Shown: positions 55,663 to 64,000 of the stretch, in pieces
How the letters are laid out: each line of letters begins with the position of its first letter
How positions within the stretch are numbered: position 1 is the first letter of the stretch
Assembly: GCA_041912595.1 (NCBI GenBank)
Contig: JAYRMR010000013.1
Span: 1 to 64,000 of the forward strand
DNA length: 64,000 nucleotides
Source of the DNA: Burkholderiaceae bacterium
GTDB taxonomy: Bacteria > Pseudomonadota > Gammaproteobacteria > Burkholderiales > Burkholderiaceae_C
Direction of reading: 5' to 3'
The notes under the pieces: generated by a model
What the model was told of the DNA's origin: nothing
The model's database searches: none
The model's input: the letters and a program-made list of their open reading frames with translations, nothing else
Translations under genes and position numbers: made by a program

Positions 55663-58125
55663 TCAGCGCCCGAGCAGCTTCATCAGCAGCCACAGCGGCA
55701 GGCCGGCATACAGCAGCGCCAGGCCGGCCTGCTCGAGGCCCAGCCGCAGCCGCAGGGCGGCCTGAGGCTGCCACCACAGGCCGAGCCACGCCCCGCCCTC
55801 GATCAGCAGGCGCAGCACCGCCGCCGTCACCGCCACCCCGAGCGCCCAGGCCGCCCACCACAGCGCGAAGGCGCGCAGATAGGCCACGAGACCGTAGCTG
55901 TAGAGCTCGCCCAGGAAGCCGCCGTAGGCGATGTGCTGGTGCAGGGCGAAGGCCGGCAGGGCCAGCACCAGCGGCAGCAGCACGAACTTCCACAGCGGCC
56001 GCGCCAGCCGCAGCCGGGGACGCCACTGGCGAGCCCAGGCGTACCAGTCCGCCCGGCTGCGCTCGCGCGGGGGCGTTGCGGGCGCGCCGGCCCGCGCGGC
56101 CTCCAGCGCCTCCTGCAAGGCCTGGGGCCGGGCCGTCACCAGGTGCCAGGTCTTGCCTTCGGCCGACGACAGCGTCAGGCCCGGCCCCGGCCAGGGCAGG
56201 CGCCACACGTCCAGGCCCTGCAGCGCGCCCAGCGGCTCGCCCTGCGCGGGCGTTCCGCGGCCCCGGATTTCCAGCCACTCCCCGGCGAGACGCAGCTCGG
56301 CGGCCCACGCGGCCAGCAGCAGCCCCGCCGCGAGCTCCGGCGCCACGACGAGCGCCCCAAAGAGTCGCAGCTGCTGCAGGCCCTGGCTGCGGAAGCCCTC
56401 GTCGAGCCCCCAGGCCAGGCCCAGCCCGAGCAGGCTCAGGCGGGCGATCCCGCGCAGGGCCGCCAGCGGCCAGCGCAGGCCGGCGGGCAGAACGCGCACC
56501 CGCACCGGCCAGGCGAAGGACGGCACCACGGGGGCCGCCGGCAGCACGCGACGCAGCAGCACCGCGGCGCCCAGCAGGGCGAGCAGCAAGGTGCTCGCGG
56601 CGCCGACCCAGTCGCCCCAGCGCACCATCAGCGTCGGCGCGGCCTCGGGCACCGGCAGCGCGCCGACCACCAGCGTGCGCTGGCCGAAGTCCCCCCGCGC
56701 ATGCACCGTGCCGCGCGCGTCGATGACGGCGCTGTAGCCATTGGTCGTCACGCGGAACTGGGGCAGACCGGTCTCGATGCTGCGAAAGGCCGCCGCGGCC
56801 TCGTGGAGCCGGGCGCCGAGCGGATCGGCGCTGAACCAGGCGTCGTTGGACATCGTCAGCATCGCCCGCGCCCCGAGCCGCGCGCCGGCGAGCGCCAGGG
56901 CGCTGTCCGTGTCGTCGCGACAGATCAGCGGCTGCACGGGCACCTCGCGCCCGTCCCGCAGGCGCAGCGGGAAGACGCGCGCCCCGCTGCCCGGCTGCCA
57001 GCGCCCCGCCCAGGGCAGCCAGCGCTGCAGCAGCGGCCCATCCAGCCAGGCGGGCACGGACTCGGTGAAGGGGAAGAGCCGCGTCTTGCGATACATGCCG
57101 AGCAGGCCCTGCTGCGGCTGGACGAAGGCGGCGGCGTTGTACTCGCCCGCGCCGTCACGGTCGTAGGTGCCGAAGACAAAGGGCACGCCGGCGGCGTTGA
57201 CGATGGAGACGATCTCCTGGTCCATCTGCGCCCCGGCCTCGCTCTTGGGCTGGCCGAAGGTCGTGGGATAGATCGTCTCGGACCACAGCACGGCGTTGGC
57301 GCGCTGGCGCTCGACGGCGTCGTAGCTCATGGCGTAGTGCGTGTCGAGCACCTCGCGGACCACGGCATAGCTGCCCTGCGCCTCGCGGCGGCGCTCGTAG
57401 TCGGCGATATTGGCCTGCACGAGGCCCACGCGCAGCAGGGGCGTGCCCGCCGCCAGGGCGGGTGCCTCGCGCTGGCTGCCATAGAGAACGGCCGCCAGCG
57501 GCAGCAGCAGCGCGATCGCGGCCGGACCGGCCAGCGCGCGCACCTGCAGGCGACGGGGGGCCGAGCGCTGGCTCAGGCCGTGAGCCAGCAGCGCGGCGAG
57601 CGCCTCGTTGACCAGCAGCAGCAGCAAGGTCAGCCCGGCGGCGCCGCCCAGCGCGGCGGCCTGGCGCAGCTGCGCGGCGGGGTAGAGCCCGTGGCCGAGC
57701 GTGTCGCCCAGGACCTTGGGCACCGCCCATTCCACGCTGACCCAGGTGGCCGAGGCCACCACCGCCCGCAGCACCGGACGCGCGCCGAAGCCCTGACGCA
57801 CGAGCGCCCAGGCCAGCAGCTGCGGCTGCAGCAGCGGTGCGATCAGCAGCAGCACGAGCCAGCCCACCGGCTGCGGCCATTGGGCGTAGTGCGCCATGGC
57901 CGTGCCGAACCAGCCGTAGCCGGCCAGGGCGAGCGCCAGGCACAGGAGCCAGGCCCGCAGCAGGCGGCGGCCCCAGGTCGCGGGCGTGTCCAGCCACATC
58001 AGCCACGGAAGCAGGGCCACGAAGCCCAGCCACCACTGCCCGCGGGCATAGAGCGCCAGCAGCAGGGCGCCACCGCCCAGCATCGCGCTCGCGCGGAGGC
58101 CGGGCCTCGTCAGGAAAGCAGTCAT
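55663..58125 (-). CDS. Apolipoprotein N-acyltransferase (Lnt)-like CN-hydrolase with ~300-aa hydrophobic C-terminal extension
   Basis: N-terminal polytopic region, then a CN-hydrolase with E/K/C triad contexts (WSETIYP, YRKTRLFPFTE, LICRDDT). 820 aa against about 510 for canonical Lnt. Confidence 0.7.
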   Translation of the reverse strand: MTAFLTRPGLRASAMLGGGALLLALYARGQWWLGFVALLPWLMWLDTPATWGRRLLRAWLLCLALALAGYGWFGTAMAHYAQWPQPVGWLVLLLIAPLLQPQLLAWALVRQGFGARPVLRAVVASATWVSVEWAVPKVLGDTLGHGLYPAAQLRQAAALGGAAGLTLLLLLVNEALAALLAHGLSQRSAPRRLQVRALAGPAAIALLLPLAAVLYGSQREAPALAAGTPLLRVGLVQANIADYERRREAQGSYAVVREVLDTHYAMSYDAVERQRANAVLWSETIYPTTFGQPKSEAGAQMDQEIVSIVNAAGVPFVFGTYDRDGAGEYNAAAFVQPQQGLLGMYRKTRLFPFTESVPAWLDGPLLQRWLPWAGRWQPGSGARVFPLRLRDGREVPVQPLICRDDTDSALALAGARLGARAMLTMSNDAWFSADPLGARLHEAAAAFRSIETGLPQFRVTTNGYSAVIDARGTVHARGDFGQRTLVVGALPVPEAAPTLMVRWGDWVGAASTLLLALLGAAVLLRRVLPAAPVVPSFAWPVRVRVLPAGLRWPLAALRGIARLSLLGLGLAWGLDEGFRSQGLQQLRLFGALVVAPELAAGLLLAAWAAELRLAGEWLEIRGRGTPAQGEPLGALQGLDVWRLPWPGPGLTLSSAEGKTWHLVTARPQALQEALEAARAGAPATPPRERSRADWYAWARQWRPRLRLARPLWKFVLLPLVLALPAFALHQHIAYGGFLGELYSYGLVAYLRAFALWWAAWALGVAVTAAVLRLLIEGGAWLGLWWQPQAALRLRLGLEQAGLALLYAGLPLWLLMKLLGR

Positions 58126-58148
58126 GGAGATCCGAAGAAGGGAAAGGT

Positions 58149-58775
58149 TCAGGGCGCGCCCGCGGCGTCGGCGCCCGGCTCCTGCGGCCGGGGAATCACG
58201 ACGTAGCGGATGGGGAAGCCCGCCGGGGCGAGCGCCGGTGTCACCACGCGGTCGGCCGGCACCGCCAGCGGGCGACCGGCGGCATCCCGCGGCGGCTGGT
58301 CGGGCGAGAACATCAGGATGGCCTCGATGCGCTGGCCGTCGTCGGTGGCCTGGTGGTGCCGCACATAGCCGGGCGGCAGCACGTAGTCCTCGGGCACGGC
58401 CAGGCCCACGACGGGCGGGCGCGTGCCGGGCGGCTGGAAGGCGCCCAGGCCCGTGCGCACGCCGGCCTTGTGCAGACGCTCGATCACCTCGCGCATGGAC
58501 GGCGCGGTGCCGGGGGGCACATGGTCGGCGAGGTCATCACTCGCCGCGGCGCCCGTCGTGCCGACCATCAGCCAGGGATGCGGCGCGGCACCGGACGCCG
58601 CCGCGCTGGCGCTCGCCGTCACCGCGGTCGCACCGGCCGAGGGCGCCCCGCCCGCCGACGCCGCCGGCATCGCCACGGGCGTGGGGTCGTCCGGCGGCCA
58701 CAGCAGCGCCAGGCCCGCCGCGAGGCACAGCAGTGCCGTCGCGACGTAGCCCAGCGTGGCCAGGCGCGGTTTCAT
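58149..58775 (-). CDS. Hypothetical membrane-anchored Ala/Pro-rich protein
   Basis: N-terminal TM, low-complexity middle region. Confidence 0.45.
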   Translation of the reverse strand: MKPRLATLGYVATALLCLAAGLALLWPPDDPTPVAMPAASAGGAPSAGATAVTASASAAASGAAPHPWLMVGTTGAAASDDLADHVPPGTAPSMREVIERLHKAGVRTGLGAFQPPGTRPPVVGLAVPEDYVLPPGYVRHHQATDDGQRIEAILMFSPDQPPRDAAGRPLAVPADRVVTPALAPAGFPIRYVVIPRPQEPGADAAGAP

Positions 58776-58803
58776 GACGGGGACCCGCCGAGGCCGCAGC
58801 GCC

Positions 58804-59919
58804 TCAGGGCGCCGCCGGGTTCGAGACCGACAGGGCCCAGCCCATGCGCTCGTGCCCGTACTGGTTCCAGATCGGGTTCTTGCCGCCCGTGAAGCTGGTG
58901 TAGCGCGGCGCGCCCGAGCCCGTGCTGCCGCCGAAGAGGCCGGCCGTCACCGTGCCGCCGTTGTAGGTCGGGTGGGTGTCATCGGACTGGATGTAGTCGT
59001 AGCTGCTGCTGGCCGAGACGAAGTGCGTGTTGGCATCGCGCAGGGTGCTGCGGTACGTCGAGGTGATGCGGGTCACGTACGCCGCCTCGGTGTCGCCGGC
59101 CACATAGCGGATGGCGTCGGAGTCGATCTGGCCATCGCCGTTGCTGTCGTAGTCCGCGGCCATGTACTGCGCGAAGTTGTCGGCGCAGCGGAAGCCCTTC
59201 TGGCGGGCGTACTCGCACATCCAGTAGTTCATCTTCGTCAGCGCCGGCAGGAACTTGTCGCGCAGGTTGACGGTCGCACCGGTGCCGGCGTCCTTGCAGC
59301 TGCTCTGCACGTTGTCGGCCGCGTAGCCGGGGTAGTGCAGGTTGGAGATGATCTTGAGCTTGGTGCCGGCGTAGGCATTGGCGTTGATGTAGTCCATCGC
59401 CTTGGCCACATAGGTCTTGCAGCTGGCCAGGGCGTTGTCCAGCACGCTGTAGTCGCAGGTGCCGCTCTGGCCCTTGAAGGCGGTGCGGGCCTGCAGACCG
59501 TCGTTGCCGCACATCTCGAAGGTGACGACGCGCGTGCTGCTGGCCTGCATGTAGCTGGCCTCGCCGACGATCTTGTTGTTGTAGACGTCCGAGGCCACGG
59601 CGCCGGACTTGGCGCGGCGCACGCTCTCGATGTCGGCGTTCCACAGCGCGGAGAGGTACTCGGCATCCACCGTGGGCGCCGAGTACTTGGCCGCGTTCAG
59701 CGTCGAGCCGTTGTAGCCGGCGTAGATCGAGTCACCGTAGGCCACGACGCGGTACTTCGTCGTGGTCCCGGCGCGGTCGATGGTCCAGGACACGTTCTGG
59801 TTGAGCGTGCTGGCCGTGGCGGGGAGCACGCTGGCGGCCAGGGCCAGGGCCGTGGCGCAGCGGACCAGGGCGCGGCGCGGCGTGCGCTGGCCCAGGAGGA
59901 TGGACGAGAACTTGTTCAT
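58804..59919 (-). CDS. Secreted SGNH/GDSL family hydrolase (lipase/esterase)
   Basis: Signal peptide. GDS motif VVAYGDSIYAGYNG, and a C-terminal DxxHP (DDTHPT). Confidence 0.75.
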   Translation of the reverse strand: MNKFSSILLGQRTPRRALVRCATALALAASVLPATASTLNQNVSWTIDRAGTTTKYRVVAYGDSIYAGYNGSTLNAAKYSAPTVDAEYLSALWNADIESVRRAKSGAVASDVYNNKIVGEASYMQASSTRVVTFEMCGNDGLQARTAFKGQSGTCDYSVLDNALASCKTYVAKAMDYINANAYAGTKLKIISNLHYPGYAADNVQSSCKDAGTGATVNLRDKFLPALTKMNYWMCEYARQKGFRCADNFAQYMAADYDSNGDGQIDSDAIRYVAGDTEAAYVTRITSTYRSTLRDANTHFVSASSSYDYIQSDDTHPTYNGGTVTAGLFGGSTGSGAPRYTSFTGGKNPIWNQYGHERMGWALSVSNPAAP

Positions 59920-60191
59920 GCTTGTCTCCGTTGGGGGTGAGAGTCGTCGGCAAGTCGTGCACGCGAATCCACAGGCTGTCTTGTTGCAGCTCGTTGCACG
60001 ATCCGGCAAAAGCCGGCGGGGCTCCACCCCAGCAAACCCTAGGGCGCGGGGTCCGCCTGTGTCAGCGTGGGCCACGGCTGTCCCGCAGGTGACAATGCCG
60101 CCGCACGCGCTCGCGCCGCGCGCCTCTGCACGCGACGTCCATTCCCGGGCAAGATCCTGCCCGAGCCGCCCATGACCTTGCCCTCACGCCC

Positions 60192-60869
60192 ATGATCTCG
60201 CCCTCTCCCGCCCGCTGCCGGCCCCTCGGCGAGCGGGCCGTGCAGCTGGACTTTCCCGGCCAGTCGCCGAGCCTCGCGCTGCAGCAGTCGCTGTGGTGTC
60301 TGCGCGACCAATTGCTGGCGGCGGGCGACGTCCTCGACTGCGTGCCGGGCATGGGCAATCTCACCTGGATCTTCGACCCCGACCGCCTCGACAGCACGGA
60401 GGCCGCCGAGCGCCTGCTGCGGCACTGGCAGACGGTCCAGGAGCGCCCGGCCCCGGCGCCCGGCGAGGGACGGCTCGTGGAGGTCCCGGTGCACTACGGC
60501 GGCGAGGCCGGTCCGGACCTCGCGGACGTGGCGGCGCACCACGGCCTCGCGCCGCGCGAGCTGGTGCGCCTGCACAGCGAGGCGGCGTACCGGGTCTTCT
60601 TCCTGGGATTCCTGCCGGGCTTTGCCTATCTGGACGGCCTGCCGCCGGCGCTGCACACGCCCCGGCGCGCGACGCCGCGCACGGCGGTGCCGGCCGGGTC
60701 CGTGGGCATCGGCGGCGCGCAGACCGGCATCTATCCCAGCGCCAGCCCCGGCGGCTGGCAGCTGATCGGCCGGACCTCGCTGCCGCTGTTCGATGCCGGC
60801 GCCGAGCCTCCGACGCTGCTGCAGCCAGGCGACCGCCTGCGATTCGTGGTGGAGCGCTGCGATGGCTGA
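60192..60869 (+). CDS. pxpB: 5-oxoprolinase subunit B (KipI/allophanate hydrolase subunit 1 family)
   Basis: 225 aa cyclophilin-like fold. Confidence 0.8.
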   Translation: MISPSPARCRPLGERAVQLDFPGQSPSLALQQSLWCLRDQLLAAGDVLDCVPGMGNLTWIFDPDRLDSTEAAERLLRHWQTVQERPAPAPGEGRLVEVPVHYGGEAGPDLADVAAHHGLAPRELVRLHSEAAYRVFFLGFLPGFAYLDGLPPALHTPRRATPRTAVPAGSVGIGGAQTGIYPSASPGGWQLIGRTSLPLFDAGAEPPTLLQPGDRLRFVVERCDG

Positions 60870-61830
60870 GCGCCCCACGCTGCGCGTCATCAAGCCCGGC
60901 CTGCAGAGCAGCGTGCAGGACCTGGGGCGATCGGGGTGGCGGCACCTGGGCATCGGCCAGGCCGGCGCCATGGATGCCCTCGCCCTGCAGCAGGCCAATG
61001 CGCTGCTTTGGCAAGACCTGACCCTGCCCGCGCTGGAGATCAGCGGCGGGCCCCTGGAGCTGTTCGTCGAGCAGGACACGCTCTTCGCGCTGGCCGGCGC
61101 CGACGGCGAGGTCCTGCTGGACGGCGTGCCCTGCCCGGTGGGCTGGGTCCACCTGGCCCGTGCCGGCCAGCGCCTGCGCCTGCGCGGGCTGCGCGCGGGG
61201 CGATTCGCCTACCTCGCCTTACCCGGGGGCATCGTCACGGCGGCGCACCTGGGCGCCTGCAGCACCGACCTCGCCGGCGGCTTCGGCGGCCCGCAGGGGC
61301 GTGCGCTGCAGGCCGGGGACGCGCTGCAGGCCGCCGCCGCAAGGGCCACGCTGCCCGAGGGGCGCCGCCGCGGCCTGCCTCCCTTTGTCGCACCCGACGT
61401 GCTCGAGCTGCGGGTGCTGCCCGGCCCCGAGGCCGAAGGCTTCCACCCCGAGGCCATGGCCGCGTTCTGGCAGGCCGACTGGCGCGTGAGCCCGCGCAGC
61501 AACCGCATGGGCAGCCGCCTCGACGGCCCCGCGCTGCGCCGCGCCGAGCGGCCCGATGGCCTCGGCGAGCTGCTGTCGCACGCTGTCTTGCCGGGCGTGG
61601 TGCAGGTGCCGCCCGACGGCCTGCCCATCGTGCTGGCGGCCGATGCCCAGGCGACCGGCGGCTACCCCCGGCTGGCCGTCGTCATCGAGGCCGACCTCCC
61701 CCGCCTCGCGCAGGCGGGGGCCGGCCAGCGCCTGCGCTTCCAGCCCGTCGACGAGCCCGAGGCACGCGCCGCGCGCCGCCAGGCCCGGGACGCCCTGCAC
61801 GTGCAATGCCTCGCTTTGCGGGGCCGCTGA
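60862..61830 (+). CDS. pxpC: 5-oxoprolinase subunit C (KipA/allophanate hydrolase subunit 2 family)
   Basis: Overlaps the pxpB stop. MAERPTLRVIKPGLQSSVQDLGR…. Confidence 0.8.
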   Translation: MAERPTLRVIKPGLQSSVQDLGRSGWRHLGIGQAGAMDALALQQANALLWQDLTLPALEISGGPLELFVEQDTLFALAGADGEVLLDGVPCPVGWVHLARAGQRLRLRGLRAGRFAYLALPGGIVTAAHLGACSTDLAGGFGGPQGRALQAGDALQAAAARATLPEGRRRGLPPFVAPDVLELRVLPGPEAEGFHPEAMAAFWQADWRVSPRSNRMGSRLDGPALRRAERPDGLGELLSHAVLPGVVQVPPDGLPIVLAADAQATGGYPRLAVVIEADLPRLAQAGAGQRLRFQPVDEPEARAARRQARDALHVQCLALRGR

Positions 61831-61846
61831 CATCGACAATCTCCCC

Positions 61847-62629
61847 ATGCACGCACGCCCCCCAACGACCTCGCTGGATCTCAACGCGGACCTCGGCGAA
61901 GGCTGCCCGGACGAGGCGCTCATCCTGCCCTGGATCAGCTCCGCCAACATCGCCTGCGGCGGGCACGCAGGCGATGCGGCCAGCCTCCGGGCCTCGATCG
62001 CCCGGGCCCGGGCGCAGGGCGTGGCCGTCGGCGCGCATCCCAGCTTCGCGGACCGCGCCGGCTTCGGCCGCCGGGCCCAGACGCTCGATGCCGCCGGGCT
62101 GACGGCGCTGCAAAGCGCGCTGGCCCGCCAGCTGCAGGACTTCCAGCAGGCGGCCTCGGCCGAAGGCGCCACGCCCGCGCATGTGAAGCCGCATGGCGCG
62201 CTCTACAACCAGGCCGCGCAGGACCCGCGCCTGATCGAGCTCCTGCTGACGCTGCTGCCGCGCGAGGCGCCGGGGCTGGCGCTCGTGGCGCTGGCCGGCA
62301 GTCCGCTGGTGGCCGCCGCGCGTGACGCCGGCCTGCCCGTGCGCGAGGAAGGCTTCGCGGACCGCCGCTACACCGCCGCCGGCACGCTTCAGCCCCGCAG
62401 CGAAGCCGGCGCCGTCCTGCATGAGATCGCCGACGGCGTGGCGCAAGGCCTGGCGCTGGCCCGCGGCGAGGCGGTCACGACCGCCGACGGCTCCCCGCTG
62501 CGCCTGCGCATCGACACGCTGTGCGTGCATGGGGACGGCCTCGCCGCCCTGCCGCTGGTGCGCGCCCTGCATGAACACCTGAACGCCGCCGGGATCGCCG
62601 TGCGCGCCCCCGCCTCACGCAAGACCTGA
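61847..62629 (+). CDS. pxpA: 5-oxoprolinase subunit A (LamB/YcsF family)
   Basis: …LDLNADLGEG…ANIACGGHAGD… is the LamB_YcsF signature. Confidence 0.85.
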   Translation: MHARPPTTSLDLNADLGEGCPDEALILPWISSANIACGGHAGDAASLRASIARARAQGVAVGAHPSFADRAGFGRRAQTLDAAGLTALQSALARQLQDFQQAASAEGATPAHVKPHGALYNQAAQDPRLIELLLTLLPREAPGLALVALAGSPLVAAARDAGLPVREEGFADRRYTAAGTLQPRSEAGAVLHEIADGVAQGLALARGEAVTTADGSPLRLRIDTLCVHGDGLAALPLVRALHEHLNAAGIAVRAPASRKT

Positions 62630-62633
62630 CCCC

Positions 62634-63344
62634 ATGGAACTGTCCTCCCTCCTGCCGCTGGTCGGCATCCCTCTGATCGTGGCCGGCTTCGCGCTGCGCA
62701 TCAACGCGCTGCTCGTGGTGCTGGTGGCCGGCGCCGTCACGGGCCTGTGTGCCGGCCTGCAGCCGCTGGCCCTGCTGGCGCTCTTCGGCGAGAAGTTCAT
62801 GGCGAGCCGCTCGCTCGCGGCCGTGGTGCTGCTGCTGCCGGTCGTGGCACTGGTGGAGAAGCACGGCCTGCGCGAGCACGCCCAGGCCTGGGTGGGGCGC
62901 CTGCGCGGGGCCAGCACCGGCCGCCTGCTGATGCTCTATTACCTGCTGCGCCAGGGCACCGCCGCGCTGGGGCTGACCAGCCTCGGCGGCCCGGCCCAGA
63001 CGGTGCGCCCGCTGCTGGCGCCCATGGCCGAGGGCCTGGCCGTGCACCGCCACGGTCCGCTGCCGCCGGCCCTGCGCGAGCGCATCCTCGCGCACGCCGC
63101 GGCCTGCGACAACGTGGCCCTCTTCTTCGGCGAGGACATCTTCATCGCCTTCGGTGCCGTGCTGCTCATCCACAGCTTCATGCAGCAAAGCGGCATTCCC
63201 GTGGCCGAGCCGCTGGTGATCGGGCTCTGGGCGATACCCACCGCCCTGTGCGCCGCCGTCGTGCACCTGGCCCGCCTGTCACGGCTGGATGCGCAGATCG
63301 CCGCCGCCATGCCGCTCGAGTCCAGCACCTGGGAGGCCGCATGA
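62634..63344 (+). CDS. DUF969 family membrane protein (pxp-associated putative transporter subunit)
   Basis: Polytopic, 236 aa, immediately after pxpA. Confidence 0.65.
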   Translation: MELSSLLPLVGIPLIVAGFALRINALLVVLVAGAVTGLCAGLQPLALLALFGEKFMASRSLAAVVLLLPVVALVEKHGLREHAQAWVGRLRGASTGRLLMLYYLLRQGTAALGLTSLGGPAQTVRPLLAPMAEGLAVHRHGPLPPALRERILAHAAACDNVALFFGEDIFIAFGAVLLIHSFMQQSGIPVAEPLVIGLWAIPTALCAAVVHLARLSRLDAQIAAAMPLESSTWEAA

Positions 63345-64000
63345 GCACGCCCGCCGCTGCCGAGGACAGCACCGCCGTGCAGGCACTGATCAGCCCGGGC
63401 CTGACGCTGCCGCTGGTGGGCGTCGTGCTGATGTGGGTCGCCTTCGCCTGCTGGCGTGACACGGGCACGCCGCGGCGCTTCTGGCGCGGCCTGTTCTGGG
63501 CGCTGTTCGGGCTGCCCTTCCTCGCCGGGGACCTGATGCTGGTGCAGCTGGGCCAGGCGCTGACCTACCGCCTGGTGGGCGGGCTGGTGCTCCTGCTCGG
63601 GCTCATCGCCGGGCTGGGTCTGAGCCGCGGGCTGAGCGCCGCGCCCTCGCCCCGGGCCTTCGCCCTGCGCCAGCAGCGCGCGGGCCTTCTCGGTCACCGC
63701 CTCTTCCTGCCGGTGCTGGCGATCCCGGTGCTGACGGTGGCCGGCGTGCTCGCCGGGCCCTGGCTGCGGGTGTCGCACTGGAGCCTGCTGGCCCCGCAGG
63801 CCCTGACGCTCGGCGCGCTGACCCTGGCCTGCCTGGGCGCGGTGCTGCTGGCCTGGCGCATCACCGGTGAGTCGCCCCGGCACGCCCTCGCCGCCTCGCA
63901 GGGCGTGATCGAGTCCATCGGCTGGCCCCTGGTGCTGCCGCTGATGCTGGCCATGCTCGGCGGCGTCTTCCTGGCGAGCCACACCGGGCAGGCCGTGGAG
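63341..64000 (+). CDS. DUF979 family membrane protein (partial; continues beyond window)
   Basis: ATGA-coupled to the DUF969 gene. Polytopic. Confidence 0.6.
   Translation, partial: MSTPAAAEDSTAVQALISPGLTLPLVGVVLMWVAFACWRDTGTPRRFWRGLFWALFGLPFLAGDLMLVQLGQALTYRLVGGLVLLLGLIAGLGLSRGLSAAPSPRAFALRQQRAGLLGHRLFLPVLAIPVLTVAGVLAGPWLRVSHWSLLAPQALTLGALTLACLGAVLLAWRITGESPRHALAASQGVIESIGWPLVLPLMLAMLGGVFLASHTGQAVE

Noticed and set aside
55312-58206. 964-aa plus-strand ORF, plus the 16048–18381 (+) 777-aa and 12430–14190 (−) 586-aa ORFs
   Set aside because: All are antisense to well-supported genes (Lnt-like, tadB/tadC, cpaC) and translate to Arg/Pro/Gly-rich nonsense typical of high-GC alternate frames.
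1-64000. Genomic island / horizontally acquired element hypothesis for the tad locus
   Set aside because: No flanking tRNA, integrase or direct repeats. GC content of the locus matches the surroundings, except for short promoter and flp segments. Treated as a chromosomal locus.

Overview
High-GC (~70%) chromosomal segment, most likely from a betaproteobacterium (Burkholderiales-like codon usage), densely packed with about 65 protein-coding genes. I found no rRNA, tRNA, CRISPR array, transposase or integrase.

The dominant feature is a complete but atypical Tad/Flp (type IVc) pilus locus at roughly 4.5–18.2 kb. Its plus-strand operon runs: flp pilin, OmpA-domain protein, tadG-like, hypothetical, tadE-like, hypothetical, a second flp-like pilin, cpaB, cpaC secretin, an FHA-domain::cpaF/tadA ATPase fusion, tadB, tadC, and a DUF192 gene. 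A divergent tadE/G-like–lipoprotein–secreted-protein trio lies upstream on the minus strand. Many genes in the operon are translationally coupled by ATGA overlaps.

The locus has no recognisable TadZ/CpaE, TadD or prepilin peptidase in this window. The ATPase instead carries an N-terminal FHA domain. Three paralogous proteins combining a novel N-terminal domain with a C-terminal OmpA domain flank or sit inside the locus. The major Flp pilin has an unusual Lys/Glu-rich C-terminal tail.

Other content:
- Regulators: two Lrp/AsnC regulators and a LytS/LytTR (AlgZ/AlgR-like) two-component pair.
- Signalling: two large sensor diguanylate cyclases (GAF-PAS4-GGDEF, and propeller-Y_Y_Y-GGDEF).
- Membrane and envelope: a frameshifted flotillin; a large Ig-like/FG-GAP lipoprotein; an Lnt-like CN-hydrolase with a long C-terminal extension, apparently in an operon with an SGNH hydrolase.
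- Stress cluster: YciI×2–SRPBCC–VOC×2–extended ECF-like sigma factor.
- Secreted hydrolases: S8 protease with a (PT)n linker, M14 carboxypeptidase, S1/P1 nuclease, SGNH hydrolase.
- Other: a signal-peptide-bearing truncated haemoglobin, gloA, panE, ndh (NDH-2), yciH, and a pxpBCA 5-oxoprolinase cluster with DUF969/DUF979 membrane partners.

All functional calls come from reading motifs in the supplied translations; no database searches were possible.
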